Below, piece by piece: positions 25,026-34,673 of a DNA stretch of 64,000 nt. The notes under the pieces were generated by a model that worked only from the letters and a program-made list of their open reading frames with translations, was not told the origin of the DNA and did no database searches. Every line of letters begins with the position of its first letter. The stretch's first letter is position 1. The stretch covers positions 45,659 through 109,658 of the forward strand of contig DIRJ01000038.1 in NCBI GenBank assembly GCA_002427505.1, written 5' to 3'. Made by a program: the position numbers and the translations under genes. The DNA comes from Mageeibacillus sp. UBA5439 (GTDB lineage: Bacteria > Bacillota > Clostridia > Saccharofermentanales > DTU023).

Positions 25026-27398
25026 ATGAGCGTTGGAAAAAGCATCAAAAGAGTTGACGCTTTTGATAAAGTAACGGGCCGGGCGCAATATACAGCCGAT
25101 CTGGTCGATAAAAATGCACTGATAGCTAAAATACTCCCTTCAACAATTGCCCATGGCCGGGTGATAAGTATGGATACTTCAGAAGCCGAGAAAGTTAAGG
25201 GTGTGGTGAAAATCGTAACCTGCTTTGAGGTGCCTGATGTCCAGTTTCCTACAGCTGGCCACCCCTGGACAACCGATCCTGAGCATCAGGACGTTGCAGA
25301 CCGCTTGCTTTTAAATAAACATGTTCGCTACTACGGCGATGAGATTGCTCTGGTTATAGCAGAAGATGAAATTTCAGCCAAGCAGGCTTTAAAGAAGATT
25401 AAAGTCGAGTATGAGGAGTATCCCATTCTTCTCGACCCGATGGAAAGCATTAAGGAAGGCGCCCCTCTCCTGCACGAGGATATTTCGCCAAATAATATTT
25501 TGGCATCCTCCAGTGTCCGCCAGGGCAACTACGAGGAAGCTATTAAGGAAGAAGGCCTGACTAAGGTAGAGGGCTGGTACCATCTGCCGACAGTTCAGCA
25601 CGCCCACCTGGAACCTAACGTTTGCTATGCCTACATGGAAAAAAATCGGGTTACCGTTGTAACTTCGACTCAGATTCCACATATTGTAAGGCGTGTCGTC
25701 GGACAGGCAAACTGCCTGCCCTGGGGTGACGTTCGTATAGTGAAGCCGTACATCGGCGGTGGCTTCGGCAATAAGCAGGATGCCCTGTGGGAGCCTCTCT
25801 GCGCCTTTGCCTCGCGCTGCGTGGGCGGCCGTCTGGTTTTCCTGGACACGACTAGGGAAGAGACTTTTGTCAACAACCGTGTTCGTCATGCCATGCATGC
25901 GCACATTATTTCCTGGGTGCGTCCGGACGGCACAATCGCAGCCAGAAAGCTGAAGTTTTATTCTGATCAGGGAGCCTATGCATCGCACGGTCACTCAGTT
26001 GCCGGCAAAGCGCTGGGTTCAGTCAATCAGATTTATCCCTGCGAAAACTTTGAAGGTGACGCCTACACTGTCTATACAAACAAAACAGTTGCCGGAGCAA
26101 TGCGTGCTTATGGTATGCCGCAGGCAACTTTCTTTACTGAAGCACATACTGAAGATATCTGCAAACAGATGCATCTGGATTCTGTGGAGTTCAGACGCAA
26201 GAATTCGATGCCGAAAGGCTTTATAGATGACTTTTCCAAAAATGAAAACTACTACGATACTTACAATCTCTTAATCGATAAAGTCATGGAAATGACCGAT
26301 TACGAAGAGAAACGCAAGCTGTATGATCAGCCTCAGGAAGGTCCTGTGCGCCGCGGAATCGGCATGTCTCTCTTCTGGTACAATACCGCAGTCTGGCCCA
26401 TATCTGTCGAGACTTCAGCTTGCCGCATGGCTTTGAATCAGGACGGATCAATTCAGTTGCAATTGGGCGAAACGGAAATCGGACAAGGTGCTGATACCGT
26501 ATTCTCACAAATGGCTGCATCAGCTGTAGGCATTCCGGTCGAGGACGTCAATATCGTTTCCACCCAGGATACTGACATAACGCCTTTCGGTCTGGGAGCT
26601 TATGGTTCGCGTCAAACATATGTGGCAGGTTTTTCTATCAAACAAACCGGCTCCATACTAAAGGAACGCATACTCGAAAACGCACACCGTTACGTACGCA
26701 TGCCGGTCGCTGTGCTCGATCTGGTGGATGGCAAAATTGTGCGCAAGGGCGACGGCAAGGTGCTGATGAGCTTATGTGATCTCGCCTTAAATGTTTTGTA
26801 CTGCCACGAGCAGGGAAATCATATTACAGCAGAAAGTACCTATCAGGTTAAAAGTAATGCCTATTCCTTTGGCGTCTCTGTTGCTGAAGTTGAAGTGGAT
26901 ATTCCCCTGTGCAAGGTAGAAATCTTAGATATCTGTAATGTCCATGACGCCGGCAACTTAATCAATCCTCAGACTTCTGAAGCTCAGGTCCATGGCGGCA
27001 TGAGCATGAGTATAGGTTACGGTCTCTACGAACAAGTGCTCTATGACGAAAAGACCGGCCGTGTTTTGAACGACAACCTCTTAGACTATAAGCTCAGCAC
27101 CTTCATGGATCATCCTGATATGAAGGTCGCCTTCATCGAGAACCCTGAGCCAACCAGTCCCTTTGGAACCAGGGCACTGGGCGAACCGCCGGCCTGCTCA
27201 CCTGCCGTCGCTATCCGCAATGCCATACTTCAGGCGACCGGAGTATCCTTCAACACACTCCCGATGACGCCACAAAGACTATATGAAGGCTTCGCTGAAG
27301 CGGGTTTGCTTGAATCAGATTTCGAGATAAAATCCAGACGTGAGCAATATGCAAAAACCAGGGACGAGTTAAACAAACTGTCTCAGGAAACAGCCTAG
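25026..27398 (+). CDS. xdhA: xanthine dehydrogenase family, molybdopterin-binding large subunit
   Basis: 790 aa. N-terminal MSVGKSIKRVDAFDKVTGRAQYTAD, then GGGFGNK and GEPP motifs typical of the Mo-hydroxylase family. The symbol follows the E. coli xdhABC order. Substrate not proven. Confidence 0.8.
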   Translation: MSVGKSIKRVDAFDKVTGRAQYTADLVDKNALIAKILPSTIAHGRVISMDTSEAEKVKGVVKIVTCFEVPDVQFPTAGHPWTTDPEHQDVADRLLLNKHVRYYGDEIALVIAEDEISAKQALKKIKVEYEEYPILLDPMESIKEGAPLLHEDISPNNILASSSVRQGNYEEAIKEEGLTKVEGWYHLPTVQHAHLEPNVCYAYMEKNRVTVVTSTQIPHIVRRVVGQANCLPWGDVRIVKPYIGGGFGNKQDALWEPLCAFASRCVGGRLVFLDTTREETFVNNRVRHAMHAHIISWVRPDGTIAARKLKFYSDQGAYASHGHSVAGKALGSVNQIYPCENFEGDAYTVYTNKTVAGAMRAYGMPQATFFTEAHTEDICKQMHLDSVEFRRKNSMPKGFIDDFSKNENYYDTYNLLIDKVMEMTDYEEKRKLYDQPQEGPVRRGIGMSLFWYNTAVWPISVETSACRMALNQDGSIQLQLGETEIGQGADTVFSQMAASAVGIPVEDVNIVSTQDTDITPFGLGAYGSRQTYVAGFSIKQTGSILKERILENAHRYVRMPVAVLDLVDGKIVRKGDGKVLMSLCDLALNVLYCHEQGNHITAESTYQVKSNAYSFGVSVAEVEVDIPLCKVEILDICNVHDAGNLINPQTSEAQVHGGMSMSIGYGLYEQVLYDEKTGRVLNDNLLDYKLSTFMDHPDMKVAFIENPEPTSPFGTRALGEPPACSPAVAIRNAILQATGVSFNTLPMTPQRLYEGFAEAGLLESDFEIKSRREQYAKTRDELNKLSQETA

Positions 27399-27407
27399 GA
27401 GGATGCA

Positions 27408-28295
27408 ATGAAGTACGATATTAAAAAGCTTTACGAAGCTGCTTCGCTGGATGAAGCGATCAGCCTGCTCGATGAGCATCCTGAGGCAAAGATCATTGCC
27501 GGCGGCTCTGACGTTCTTATCAGTATACGCGGAGGCGAACTGGCCGGCTGCACTTTGGTCAGTATCTATGGCCTGGATGACTTGAGGGGCGTGACAGTTG
27601 ATGAAGACGGAACGATTCGCATCGGCTCACTGACCAGCTTCACCAGCATCGCCCGTAACGAAATAATCATGAAATATCTGCCCTATCTGGGCGAAGCCGC
27701 TGCCTCTGTTGGCGGCCCGCAAGTCCGGAATATCGGCACGATCGGCGGCAACACCTGTAACGGTGTGACCTCTGCAGATACAGCCTCTACCCTGCTGGCT
27801 CTCGATGCCATCATCGAAGTTAAGGGCAAAGACGGCTATCGCCGGATCCCGATGAAAAACTGGTACATTAAAGCCAAAGTAGTTGATCTGAAGCCTACGG
27901 AAGTTCAAACCGCAATCCTGATACCAAAAGAGTCCTATCAGGGCTATTTCGGTAATTACTACAAATACAGTGCACGGCATGCCATGGACATTGCAACCTG
28001 CGGCTGCTCAGTCAATGTCAAGCTGTCTGATGACAAGAAAACAATAGAGGATGTCCGCATCGCTTACGGCGTTGCAGGTCCGGTTCCCTTACGCGCCGGA
28101 ACAGCCGAAGCCGCCGTCAAAGGACGCGCAGTTAACCTCGAGACTCTTGAGCTTTTCTCAGAAAAGGTAAAAGATGATATTAATCCGCGGACAAGCTGGC
28201 GCGCCTCAAAAGAATTCCGCACACATCTGATGACAGAACTGGCACGTAGATGCTTAACAGAATCAATCAGCCGTTCAGGAGGTATTTTTCAATGA
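27408..28295 (+). CDS. xdhB: xanthine dehydrogenase family, FAD-binding subunit
   Basis: 295 aa CO-dehydrogenase-flavoprotein-like protein (AGGSDVL, GTIGGN). Confidence 0.8.
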   Translation: MKYDIKKLYEAASLDEAISLLDEHPEAKIIAGGSDVLISIRGGELAGCTLVSIYGLDDLRGVTVDEDGTIRIGSLTSFTSIARNEIIMKYLPYLGEAAASVGGPQVRNIGTIGGNTCNGVTSADTASTLLALDAIIEVKGKDGYRRIPMKNWYIKAKVVDLKPTEVQTAILIPKESYQGYFGNYYKYSARHAMDIATCGCSVNVKLSDDKKTIEDVRIAYGVAGPVPLRAGTAEAAVKGRAVNLETLELFSEKVKDDINPRTSWRASKEFRTHLMTELARRCLTESISRSGGIFQ

Positions 28296-28798
28296 GTGAC
28301 ATTCAATATAAAGAACTAAATTTCACAGTCAACGGCAAGGAAAGGTCTCTCATGATCGATGTGCGCTCCTCCCTGCTTGATGTCCTGCGCAATGAACTGC
28401 ATCTGCACTCAGTGAAAAAGGGTTGTGAAGTCGGAGAATGTGGTGCCTGTACGGTCCTGATCGATGGCGAACCTTATGATTCCTGTATTTACCTGGCAAT
28501 CTGGGCGGAGGGCAAGGATATCCTCACTGTTGAAGGCTTAATGGGCGATGACGGTTCTATTTCCGATATCCAGCAGGCTTTCATTGACGAAGTGGCAGTT
28601 CAGTGCGGTTTTTGCACACCGGGCCTGATTATGACCGCTTACAGCGTTCTGGCTGATGGCAAGCGCTATACCCGGGATGAGCTCCGTCAGAAGCTGGCCG
28701 GCAATATGTGCCGTTGCACCGGCTATCATAATATTATCAATGCTGTGGAAAAAACAATGTTAAAGCGTATCGAGGCAGCGGAAGCCAAGAACAGCTAA
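28292..28798 (+). CDS. xdhC: xanthine dehydrogenase family, [2Fe-2S] small subunit
   Basis: Start moved to ATG 28292 (AGGAGG SD; ATGA overlap with the xdhB stop). Cys clusters CEVGECGACTV and CGFCTPG...CRCTGY. Confidence 0.85.
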   Translation: MSDIQYKELNFTVNGKERSLMIDVRSSLLDVLRNELHLHSVKKGCEVGECGACTVLIDGEPYDSCIYLAIWAEGKDILTVEGLMGDDGSISDIQQAFIDEVAVQCGFCTPGLIMTAYSVLADGKRYTRDELRQKLAGNMCRCTGYHNIINAVEKTMLKRIEAAEAKNS

Positions 28799-28820
28799 AG
28801 AGAACAGCAATCAAGTAATA

Positions 28821-28859
28821 AAAAAAAGGGACTGGCTCCACGGAGTCAGTCCCTTTTTC
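28821..28859. terminator. bidirectional intrinsic terminator (xdh operon / HIT gene)
   Basis: A-run, then stem gggactggctcc/ggagtcagtccc with one mismatch, then T-run. Confidence 0.8.
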
Positions 28860-28874
28860 AATGTCAGTAAATCT

Positions 28875-29228
28875 TCAGATCAAGCCGGGACCCAGATTTT
28901 TCCCGCCGATCAGGTGAAAATGAACATGCCTTACAGTCTGTCCGCCTTCTTCGCCGCAGTTGTTAATCAGGCGGAAGCCGCTTTCCTCAACACCGAGCTC
29001 TTCAGCAATCTGCGGCAGGGCAGCCATTAATCGGCTTAAATCAGCCAGGCCGGCTTCTGTCGCAGAGATATCCAGAATACTTTCGTAGTGTTTTTTCGGA
29101 ACGACTAAGGTGTGCACAGGAGCCACCGGATTAACATCTTCGAAGGCAAGAACGCTTTCGTTTTCGAATACCTTTTTCGCTGGTATCTCACCACTGATGA
29201 TTTTACAGAATATACAGTTTTGTGGCAT
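28875..29228 (-). CDS. HIT (histidine triad) family protein
   Basis: CIFCKI... and the HVHFHLIGG triad. Confidence 0.9.
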   Translation of the reverse strand: MPQNCIFCKIISGEIPAKKVFENESVLAFEDVNPVAPVHTLVVPKKHYESILDISATEAGLADLSRLMAALPQIAEELGVEESGFRLINNCGEEGGQTVRHVHFHLIGGKNLGPGLI

Positions 29229-29257
29229 CTTCTACTCCTTTACAAGCTAGGGTTTTA

Positions 29258-31933
29258 CTATTTACCGGCCAGTTCCTGCAGCTTGGCACGGGCCAAAGTG
29301 AAAGCTTCCGTTATTTTCTGCGGATCATTGCCGCCGCCCTGAGCCATATCCGGTCTGCCTCCGCCCTTGCCGCCGCTGATAGCGGCTGCCAGCTTGATCA
29401 GATCGCCCGCTTTGGCTCCGGAAGCAATCGCGGTTTTACCCATCATGGCAAGCCATACTACCTTATCTGCAGCCAATTTAGAGGCAATCAGGACAACGGC
29501 ATTGTCACCCAGATGGTCGCGCATACGATCTCCGGCTGCGCGCATAGCTTCGGCTTCGAAATTTTCAAGCTCGGCAAAAATGTAATCAAATTCACCGATT
29601 TTCTCTTTCTGATCCAATAAAGAAGTGACAATTTTCTGCTGTTCTTCCTGCCGTTGTGTAGCGAGAATTTTATTCAGCCTGGCCAGCTGATCATCTTTTT
29701 CTTCCAGACGACTGAATATCTCGCTTACCTGATCTACATGCAGGCGATTCAACAGGCGCCTGACGACGGAACGGCCCAGCAAGGCAGCGTCATGGGCAGC
29801 TTCGCCGGTGACAGCCTCTATACGTCTTACACCTGAGGCTATGCCTCCTTCAGAACTGATGAAAAAGAGTCCGATTACGCCAGTTGAGCTCAGGTGTGTG
29901 CCACCACATAGTTCACAGGAGAAATCTCCTATAGTGATCACACGGACCTCTTCATCATACCTCTCGTCAAAGAGCGCCATGGCTCCGGAAGCACGGGCTT
30001 CTTCCAGCTTTTTCACCTCAGTCACCACCGGATAATTGTCTAGGATAGCCGTATTGACAATCTCCTCAATTTTAGCTTTTTCTTCATCTGTAAGCGGCTC
30101 ATCATGCTGGAAGTCAAAGCGAAGTCTGCTGGCAGAAACGTATGATCCCTTCTGGACCACATGGTCTCCCAGGACCCGACGTAAGGCTTCGTGCAGGAGA
30201 TGGGTTGCCGTGTGATTCCGGGCGATGGACAGGCGCCTGCTGCGGTCTACACTGCCCAGAACTTTCATGCCGCTGCTAAAGCTGCCCGCAGATATTCTGA
30301 CTTTGTGCAGGAAAATACCATCAGCAGTCTCTTCTGTATCGAGAACTTCTGCTCTGGATTCACCCGTGCCGACAGCTGCAAATACACCCTGGTCTCCAAC
30401 CTGTCCGCCTGCTTCTGCATAGAAAGGTGATGCCTTCAGGACAAAAATAAGCTCATCACCTTCATTGGCCTCATCCACACTTTCCAGCAGATTGCTGTCG
30501 TCAGCAGTTCTGAGGATAAAGGCCAGATCCAGTTCCGCCTCCAGTTGATCGTAACCAAGAAATTCCGTCTTGCCCAAAGCTTTGACTTGATCCGGCAGCT
30601 GCAGGGTCCCCCAGGCTGTCGAGACCTTTTCCTGAGCTGCACGGCGGGCTCTTTCCTTCTGCCCGTCCATTAGACGCTTAAAGCGCACACGATCCACCTT
30701 AAGTGAACGCTCGCTCGCGATTTCATCTGTCAAATCCAAGGGGAAACCGAAAGTGTCATGCAGCTGGAAAGCTATATCACCGGGCAGAATATCCTTCATT
30801 TCGCTGCGCGCCTTATCGATTTCTTCGTTCAGTATCTGCATACCTTGCTGTAAAGTACGGCCAAAGCGCTCCTCTTCTTTTGCCAGAACATGCAAAATAC
30901 GGTCCTGATCCTGCAGCTCGGGGTAATAATCGACTGACTGGGCAATGGCTAGCTCAGTCAGTTCACTGAGGAAGGGATCTTTAATGTCCAGCAATCTGCC
31001 GTAGCGGACAGCGCGCCTGATCAGGCGTCTTAAGACGTAGCCCCTGCCCTCATTACCCGGCAGAACACCATCAGCAATCATCATCATAGCTGAACGCACG
31101 TGGTCACTGATCACACGTATTGCAATGTCATCTTTCTTATCTTTACCATATTCCTTGCCGCTGATTTCGCAGACTTTATCCAGAATTGCCCGCACAGTAT
31201 CAACTTCAAAGAGGTTTTTGACACCTTGCATGATAACGGCAATCCGTTCCAGACCGGCGCCGGTATCGATATTTTTCTGTTTCAGCGGCGTATACGATCC
31301 ATCCTCTTCGCGGTTAAACTCAGTAAATACAAGGTTCCAAAACTCAACATAGCGGTCACAGTCACAGCCTACGTCACAGTTGGGATCATCACAGGCGAAT
31401 TCAGGACCGCGGTCATAGAAAATTTCAGAACATGGTCCGCAGGGTCCGGTTCCGTGCTCCCAGAAATTATCCTTATCGAAGCAACGTATGCGTTCTGCCG
31501 GTATTCCGACTTCATCGTGCCAGATGTCGTATGCTTCATCATCATTGCAGTGTACTGTGATCAGAAGCCTCTCCACAGGCATTTCCAGCCATTCTGTAAT
31601 AAATTCCCAGGCCCAGGTGATGGCTTCGCGCTTGAAATAGTCACCGAAAGAAAAGTTACCCAGCATCTCAAAATAGGTGCCATGTCTGTCGGATATACCC
31701 ACATTCTCTATATCCGGCGTACGAATGCATTTTTGACAGCTGGCAACACGTTTGCGCGGTGGCGTGGCCGCTCCCGTAAACCAATTCTTCATTGGGGTCA
31801 TACCTGCATTAATCAGCAGAATTGAGGGATCATTTTTTGGTATCAGAGAGAAACTGGGCAGTATAAGATGATCTTTTTCCTGAAAAAAATCCAGAAACAT
31901 TGATCTGATGGTGTTTAAGCTAAGAGGCTGCAT
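29258..31933 (-). CDS. alaS: alanine--tRNA ligase
   Basis: 891 aa. N-terminal IRSMFLDFFQEKDH, editing-domain HTATHLLH and CGGTH motifs. Confidence 0.95.
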   Translation of the reverse strand: MQPLSLNTIRSMFLDFFQEKDHLILPSFSLIPKNDPSILLINAGMTPMKNWFTGAATPPRKRVASCQKCIRTPDIENVGISDRHGTYFEMLGNFSFGDYFKREAITWAWEFITEWLEMPVERLLITVHCNDDEAYDIWHDEVGIPAERIRCFDKDNFWEHGTGPCGPCSEIFYDRGPEFACDDPNCDVGCDCDRYVEFWNLVFTEFNREEDGSYTPLKQKNIDTGAGLERIAVIMQGVKNLFEVDTVRAILDKVCEISGKEYGKDKKDDIAIRVISDHVRSAMMMIADGVLPGNEGRGYVLRRLIRRAVRYGRLLDIKDPFLSELTELAIAQSVDYYPELQDQDRILHVLAKEEERFGRTLQQGMQILNEEIDKARSEMKDILPGDIAFQLHDTFGFPLDLTDEIASERSLKVDRVRFKRLMDGQKERARRAAQEKVSTAWGTLQLPDQVKALGKTEFLGYDQLEAELDLAFILRTADDSNLLESVDEANEGDELIFVLKASPFYAEAGGQVGDQGVFAAVGTGESRAEVLDTEETADGIFLHKVRISAGSFSSGMKVLGSVDRSRRLSIARNHTATHLLHEALRRVLGDHVVQKGSYVSASRLRFDFQHDEPLTDEEKAKIEEIVNTAILDNYPVVTEVKKLEEARASGAMALFDERYDEEVRVITIGDFSCELCGGTHLSSTGVIGLFFISSEGGIASGVRRIEAVTGEAAHDAALLGRSVVRRLLNRLHVDQVSEIFSRLEEKDDQLARLNKILATQRQEEQQKIVTSLLDQKEKIGEFDYIFAELENFEAEAMRAAGDRMRDHLGDNAVVLIASKLAADKVVWLAMMGKTAIASGAKAGDLIKLAAAISGGKGGGRPDMAQGGGNDPQKITEAFTLARAKLQELAGK

Positions 31934-31974
31934 ACATTGGACTCCTTAAAGTGTTTATTGTAATTATTCTATAA

Positions 31975-32020
31975 TTTAAAGGCGGCTGACGCTGTGTCCT
32001 GGAGAACATGCGTCGCCGCC
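31975..32020 (-). terminator. intrinsic terminator after the PP2C-like/LysM gene
   Basis: Arms ggcggctgacgc / gcgtcgccgcc (one bulge) with a 17-nt loop. TTTAAATT follows on the minus strand. Confidence 0.55.
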
Positions 32021-32080
32021 CTTTATTCTATATCTTTTATCCCCGTCTTACAAAAAACGGCGACAGAAGCGGCTCAGTGC

Positions 32081-33772
32081 CTAATCTTCGATCAAGGCAT
32101 CCAAAACTGCTTGCGGGGGAACCAGAAGTTCTTCACCGGTAAAGATATTGTCACCAACTGCTTTACCGTTATACTCCATGAAGGCTGCATACAGCTCATC
32201 AGAGTAAGTTCCGTATGATTCCATCATTATGCCCCAGGGCGAGTCACCGGCCTGAACAACATAGGTCGAATCCGCCGGTGCCGGAGTCGTTTCAGTTGTA
32301 TCTTCCGTGGGATCGGTCTGTGTATCTGTAGGATCAGTATTCACCGGCGGCACGATGACCGGCGGTGTTTCAGTGGAAACTACAGGTGTGGTCGTGTTTG
32401 ATTCTGTCGAATCCGGATCATCTTTACCGCCACCCAGAAGTTTAATCAAAGCGAAAATACATAAAGCGATTATTGCGATCAGAACAACATAGAAAACAAT
32501 CTGTTTATTGCGGGAAGAACGGACATACTTGGCACGCTCATCATCCTCATCATAGTAAAGATCGTCATCATCATCACCCAGATAACTGTCATCCCAGACC
32601 TGGCCTTTGTAGGCACTGCTGCTGTAGGCATCATCCTGGTCTGCAGAATCATCGTAGATTTCACCCTGTCCGAAGCGTCTGCGCTGATCTTCAGGAGAAG
32701 TGTAGGCAAAACCGGGAACAGCGGGCGTGCTGTCATCTTTGATCTGATCAAAAGATGCTGTTTCATTATCCGGTTCAGAATATTCCGGTCTGAAGGCGGC
32801 ATCCGTGTCATCCGGCTTTTCCCAGCTGTCATCAGGTTTAGCTTCCGCTTCCGGTTCGCTTAAAAAATCTACCATATCCTGACGCTGGTAACGCTGTGTT
32901 GCCTGCTCATCCGGATCAGCCGGGACAGGAGCATCAAAGGGTGTTCCCATCACAACCTGAGTATTGAAACGCCCCAGATTAAGCTGGGAAGATTTACGGC
33001 TGTCTTCCATCACAGACTCCACCATGCCCAGCATCAGCTGCAAGGGAGTACCCGGCACCTGGGCGGACGCTGACGTAAGCAGGAGACCGGCAGCATCGTA
33101 CTGATCTTCAGCACTATTCAGAATACGCATAATGTCTCTTTGTCCCAGCGCCTGATACAGCTCCTGATTACAAATAAGAAGAACATCTCCCTGCTCAATC
33201 TGGGCTATGTTGGAGTAACGTAAAGTGCCGGCTTCTCCGGCAATAAAATCATTAATACCGCCCACGGCCTGTCCGTCAGCGTCAACTGCATTAAAATCCA
33301 TTGTCTCATCAGTGAGGGGGTAAAGAACGCCGCGACGGTAGAGCATGGCTGCTCCGGCACCTAGTGTTACGGCTGCCACTTCACCATCGCGCAGTACAAA
33401 TCCTGAAAAATACGGCTCACGGGCTCCTGCTTCCGCAATGGTTATCCGGCCTGTAACATCCATAGCGGCGTCGGCTAAATCATTGAGTCCGCTATCGATG
33501 TCACTGGAAGGATCATTTATTTTTTCTGTCAGGCGCTCGAGAGGCTCCCGCCAGGATGTGTCGTCTTCCTGCCTATTATACGGATAGCCGAAAATTGAAA
33601 ACAGAAAACCCCTGTCTTCACGGTCCAGCGTTGAATCAACAGACCTTTGCTCTCGTCTGCCTGGGAAGCGGCCATCCAGGCAGTATGAATCAACAATTCC
33701 CTCTGTCGGATAGTAGCGGGCTGCCACAGTAAGTGCCAATCGCGTAAAAACAGTAGATGATGACTTGGCCAT
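32081..33772 (-). CDS. membrane protein: degenerate PP2C-like N-terminal domain, acidic linker, one TM helix, Pro/Thr-rich spacer, C-terminal LysM
   Basis: PP2C-like blocks with catalytic residues replaced: TLGAGAAMLYRRGVLYPLTDE versus the usual GDSRxY...T.DH, and GDVLLICNQEL versus GDxLLLCSDGL. TM helix QIVFYVVLIAIIALCIFALIKLL. C-terminal YVVQAGDSPWGIM...GEELLVP is LysM-like. Confidence 0.6.
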   Translation of the reverse strand: MAKSSSTVFTRLALTVAARYYPTEGIVDSYCLDGRFPGRREQRSVDSTLDREDRGFLFSIFGYPYNRQEDDTSWREPLERLTEKINDPSSDIDSGLNDLADAAMDVTGRITIAEAGAREPYFSGFVLRDGEVAAVTLGAGAAMLYRRGVLYPLTDETMDFNAVDADGQAVGGINDFIAGEAGTLRYSNIAQIEQGDVLLICNQELYQALGQRDIMRILNSAEDQYDAAGLLLTSASAQVPGTPLQLMLGMVESVMEDSRKSSQLNLGRFNTQVVMGTPFDAPVPADPDEQATQRYQRQDMVDFLSEPEAEAKPDDSWEKPDDTDAAFRPEYSEPDNETASFDQIKDDSTPAVPGFAYTSPEDQRRRFGQGEIYDDSADQDDAYSSSAYKGQVWDDSYLGDDDDDLYYDEDDERAKYVRSSRNKQIVFYVVLIAIIALCIFALIKLLGGGKDDPDSTESNTTTPVVSTETPPVIVPPVNTDPTDTQTDPTEDTTETTPAPADSTYVVQAGDSPWGIMMESYGTYSDELYAAFMEYNGKAVGDNIFTGEELLVPPQAVLDALIED

Positions 33773-33926
33773 ACATGCCTCCTAAAAAAATAATTGAATA
33801 AACATTTTGATTAATTCTAACATAAAATAACAATCTGCTAATACCATTTCAACAGCAAAGCCGGCATTTGTCCTCATTCCCTGTAAAATGGTAACAGCCG
33901 TGAATAAAGCATTTTATATCTTCAGA

Positions 33927-34664
33927 CTAGTCATAAAAATATCCGGCCTTATACAGCAGTTGCGCCAGCTCTATGTCAGCCGGGGTAGTCAGTTTCAGAT
34001 TGCGGCTGTCACCGCTGACCGCGCGCACCGGGTAGCCCATGCGCAGGAGAAGGGCAATATCATCTGTTGCCTGTATCCCCTCTTCTCTGGCAAGTTCAAA
34101 GGCATGCAGCAGTATATCCAGGTCAGCAGCCTGAGGGGTCTGCATTTTTAAAAGTTCCTCACGTGGTATCTCAAGTTCTTTGAGCGAGTCATACTCGGCT
34201 TGTCTGATTGTGTCCGTAACGGGCAAAGCTGCAACGACAGCACAGCGTTCAGATTTCAACCTCGCTAAAACGCGCCCGATCACTGCAGACGGGATAAAAC
34301 AACGGGCTCCGTCATGAATCAGAACCAAAACCCGGCCCTTAAAGCCGGCAGCATGCTTTTCAACTGCCTTCAAACCATTGAAAACAGAGTCCTGGCGCGT
34401 CTTGCCTCCGGCAACAATGCCCTCCAGTCCCCGGCAGCTTTCAGGCAAAACCCGGGCCTGATCTGTTTCACCCCGGGAAGACATGTCCTCCGGGGCCATG
34501 ACTGTAAAGATATGTTCAATAGCTGAGTTCTTGCTGAAGCGTTCCAGACACAGCTCCAGCAAAGTGCGGCCGGCTATTTCAAGCAGCATCTTGTTTCGAT
34601 CCGCCTGCATACGCTCGCCGCGTCCGGCTGCTAAAATAATGGCATATGTCCGAAATTCGCTCAT
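33927..34664 (-). CDS. ispD: 2-C-methyl-D-erythritol 4-phosphate cytidylyltransferase
   Basis: AIILAAGRGERM N-terminal motif. 245 aa. Downstream of radA, as is common in Firmicutes. Confidence 0.88.
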   Translation of the reverse strand: MSEFRTYAIILAAGRGERMQADRNKMLLEIAGRTLLELCLERFSKNSAIEHIFTVMAPEDMSSRGETDQARVLPESCRGLEGIVAGGKTRQDSVFNGLKAVEKHAAGFKGRVLVLIHDGARCFIPSAVIGRVLARLKSERCAVVAALPVTDTIRQAEYDSLKELEIPREELLKMQTPQAADLDILLHAFELAREEGIQATDDIALLLRMGYPVRAVSGDSRNLKLTTPADIELAQLLYKAGYFYD

Positions 34665-34673
34665 TAACTTTTC

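Noticed and set aside
31934-32080. Looked for a T-box leader upstream of alaS.
   Set aside because: Only about 147 nt are available, and most of that is taken by the terminator hairpin of the upstream gene. I see no specifier-loop or T-box consensus. An AAGGAG SD sits directly before the ATG.
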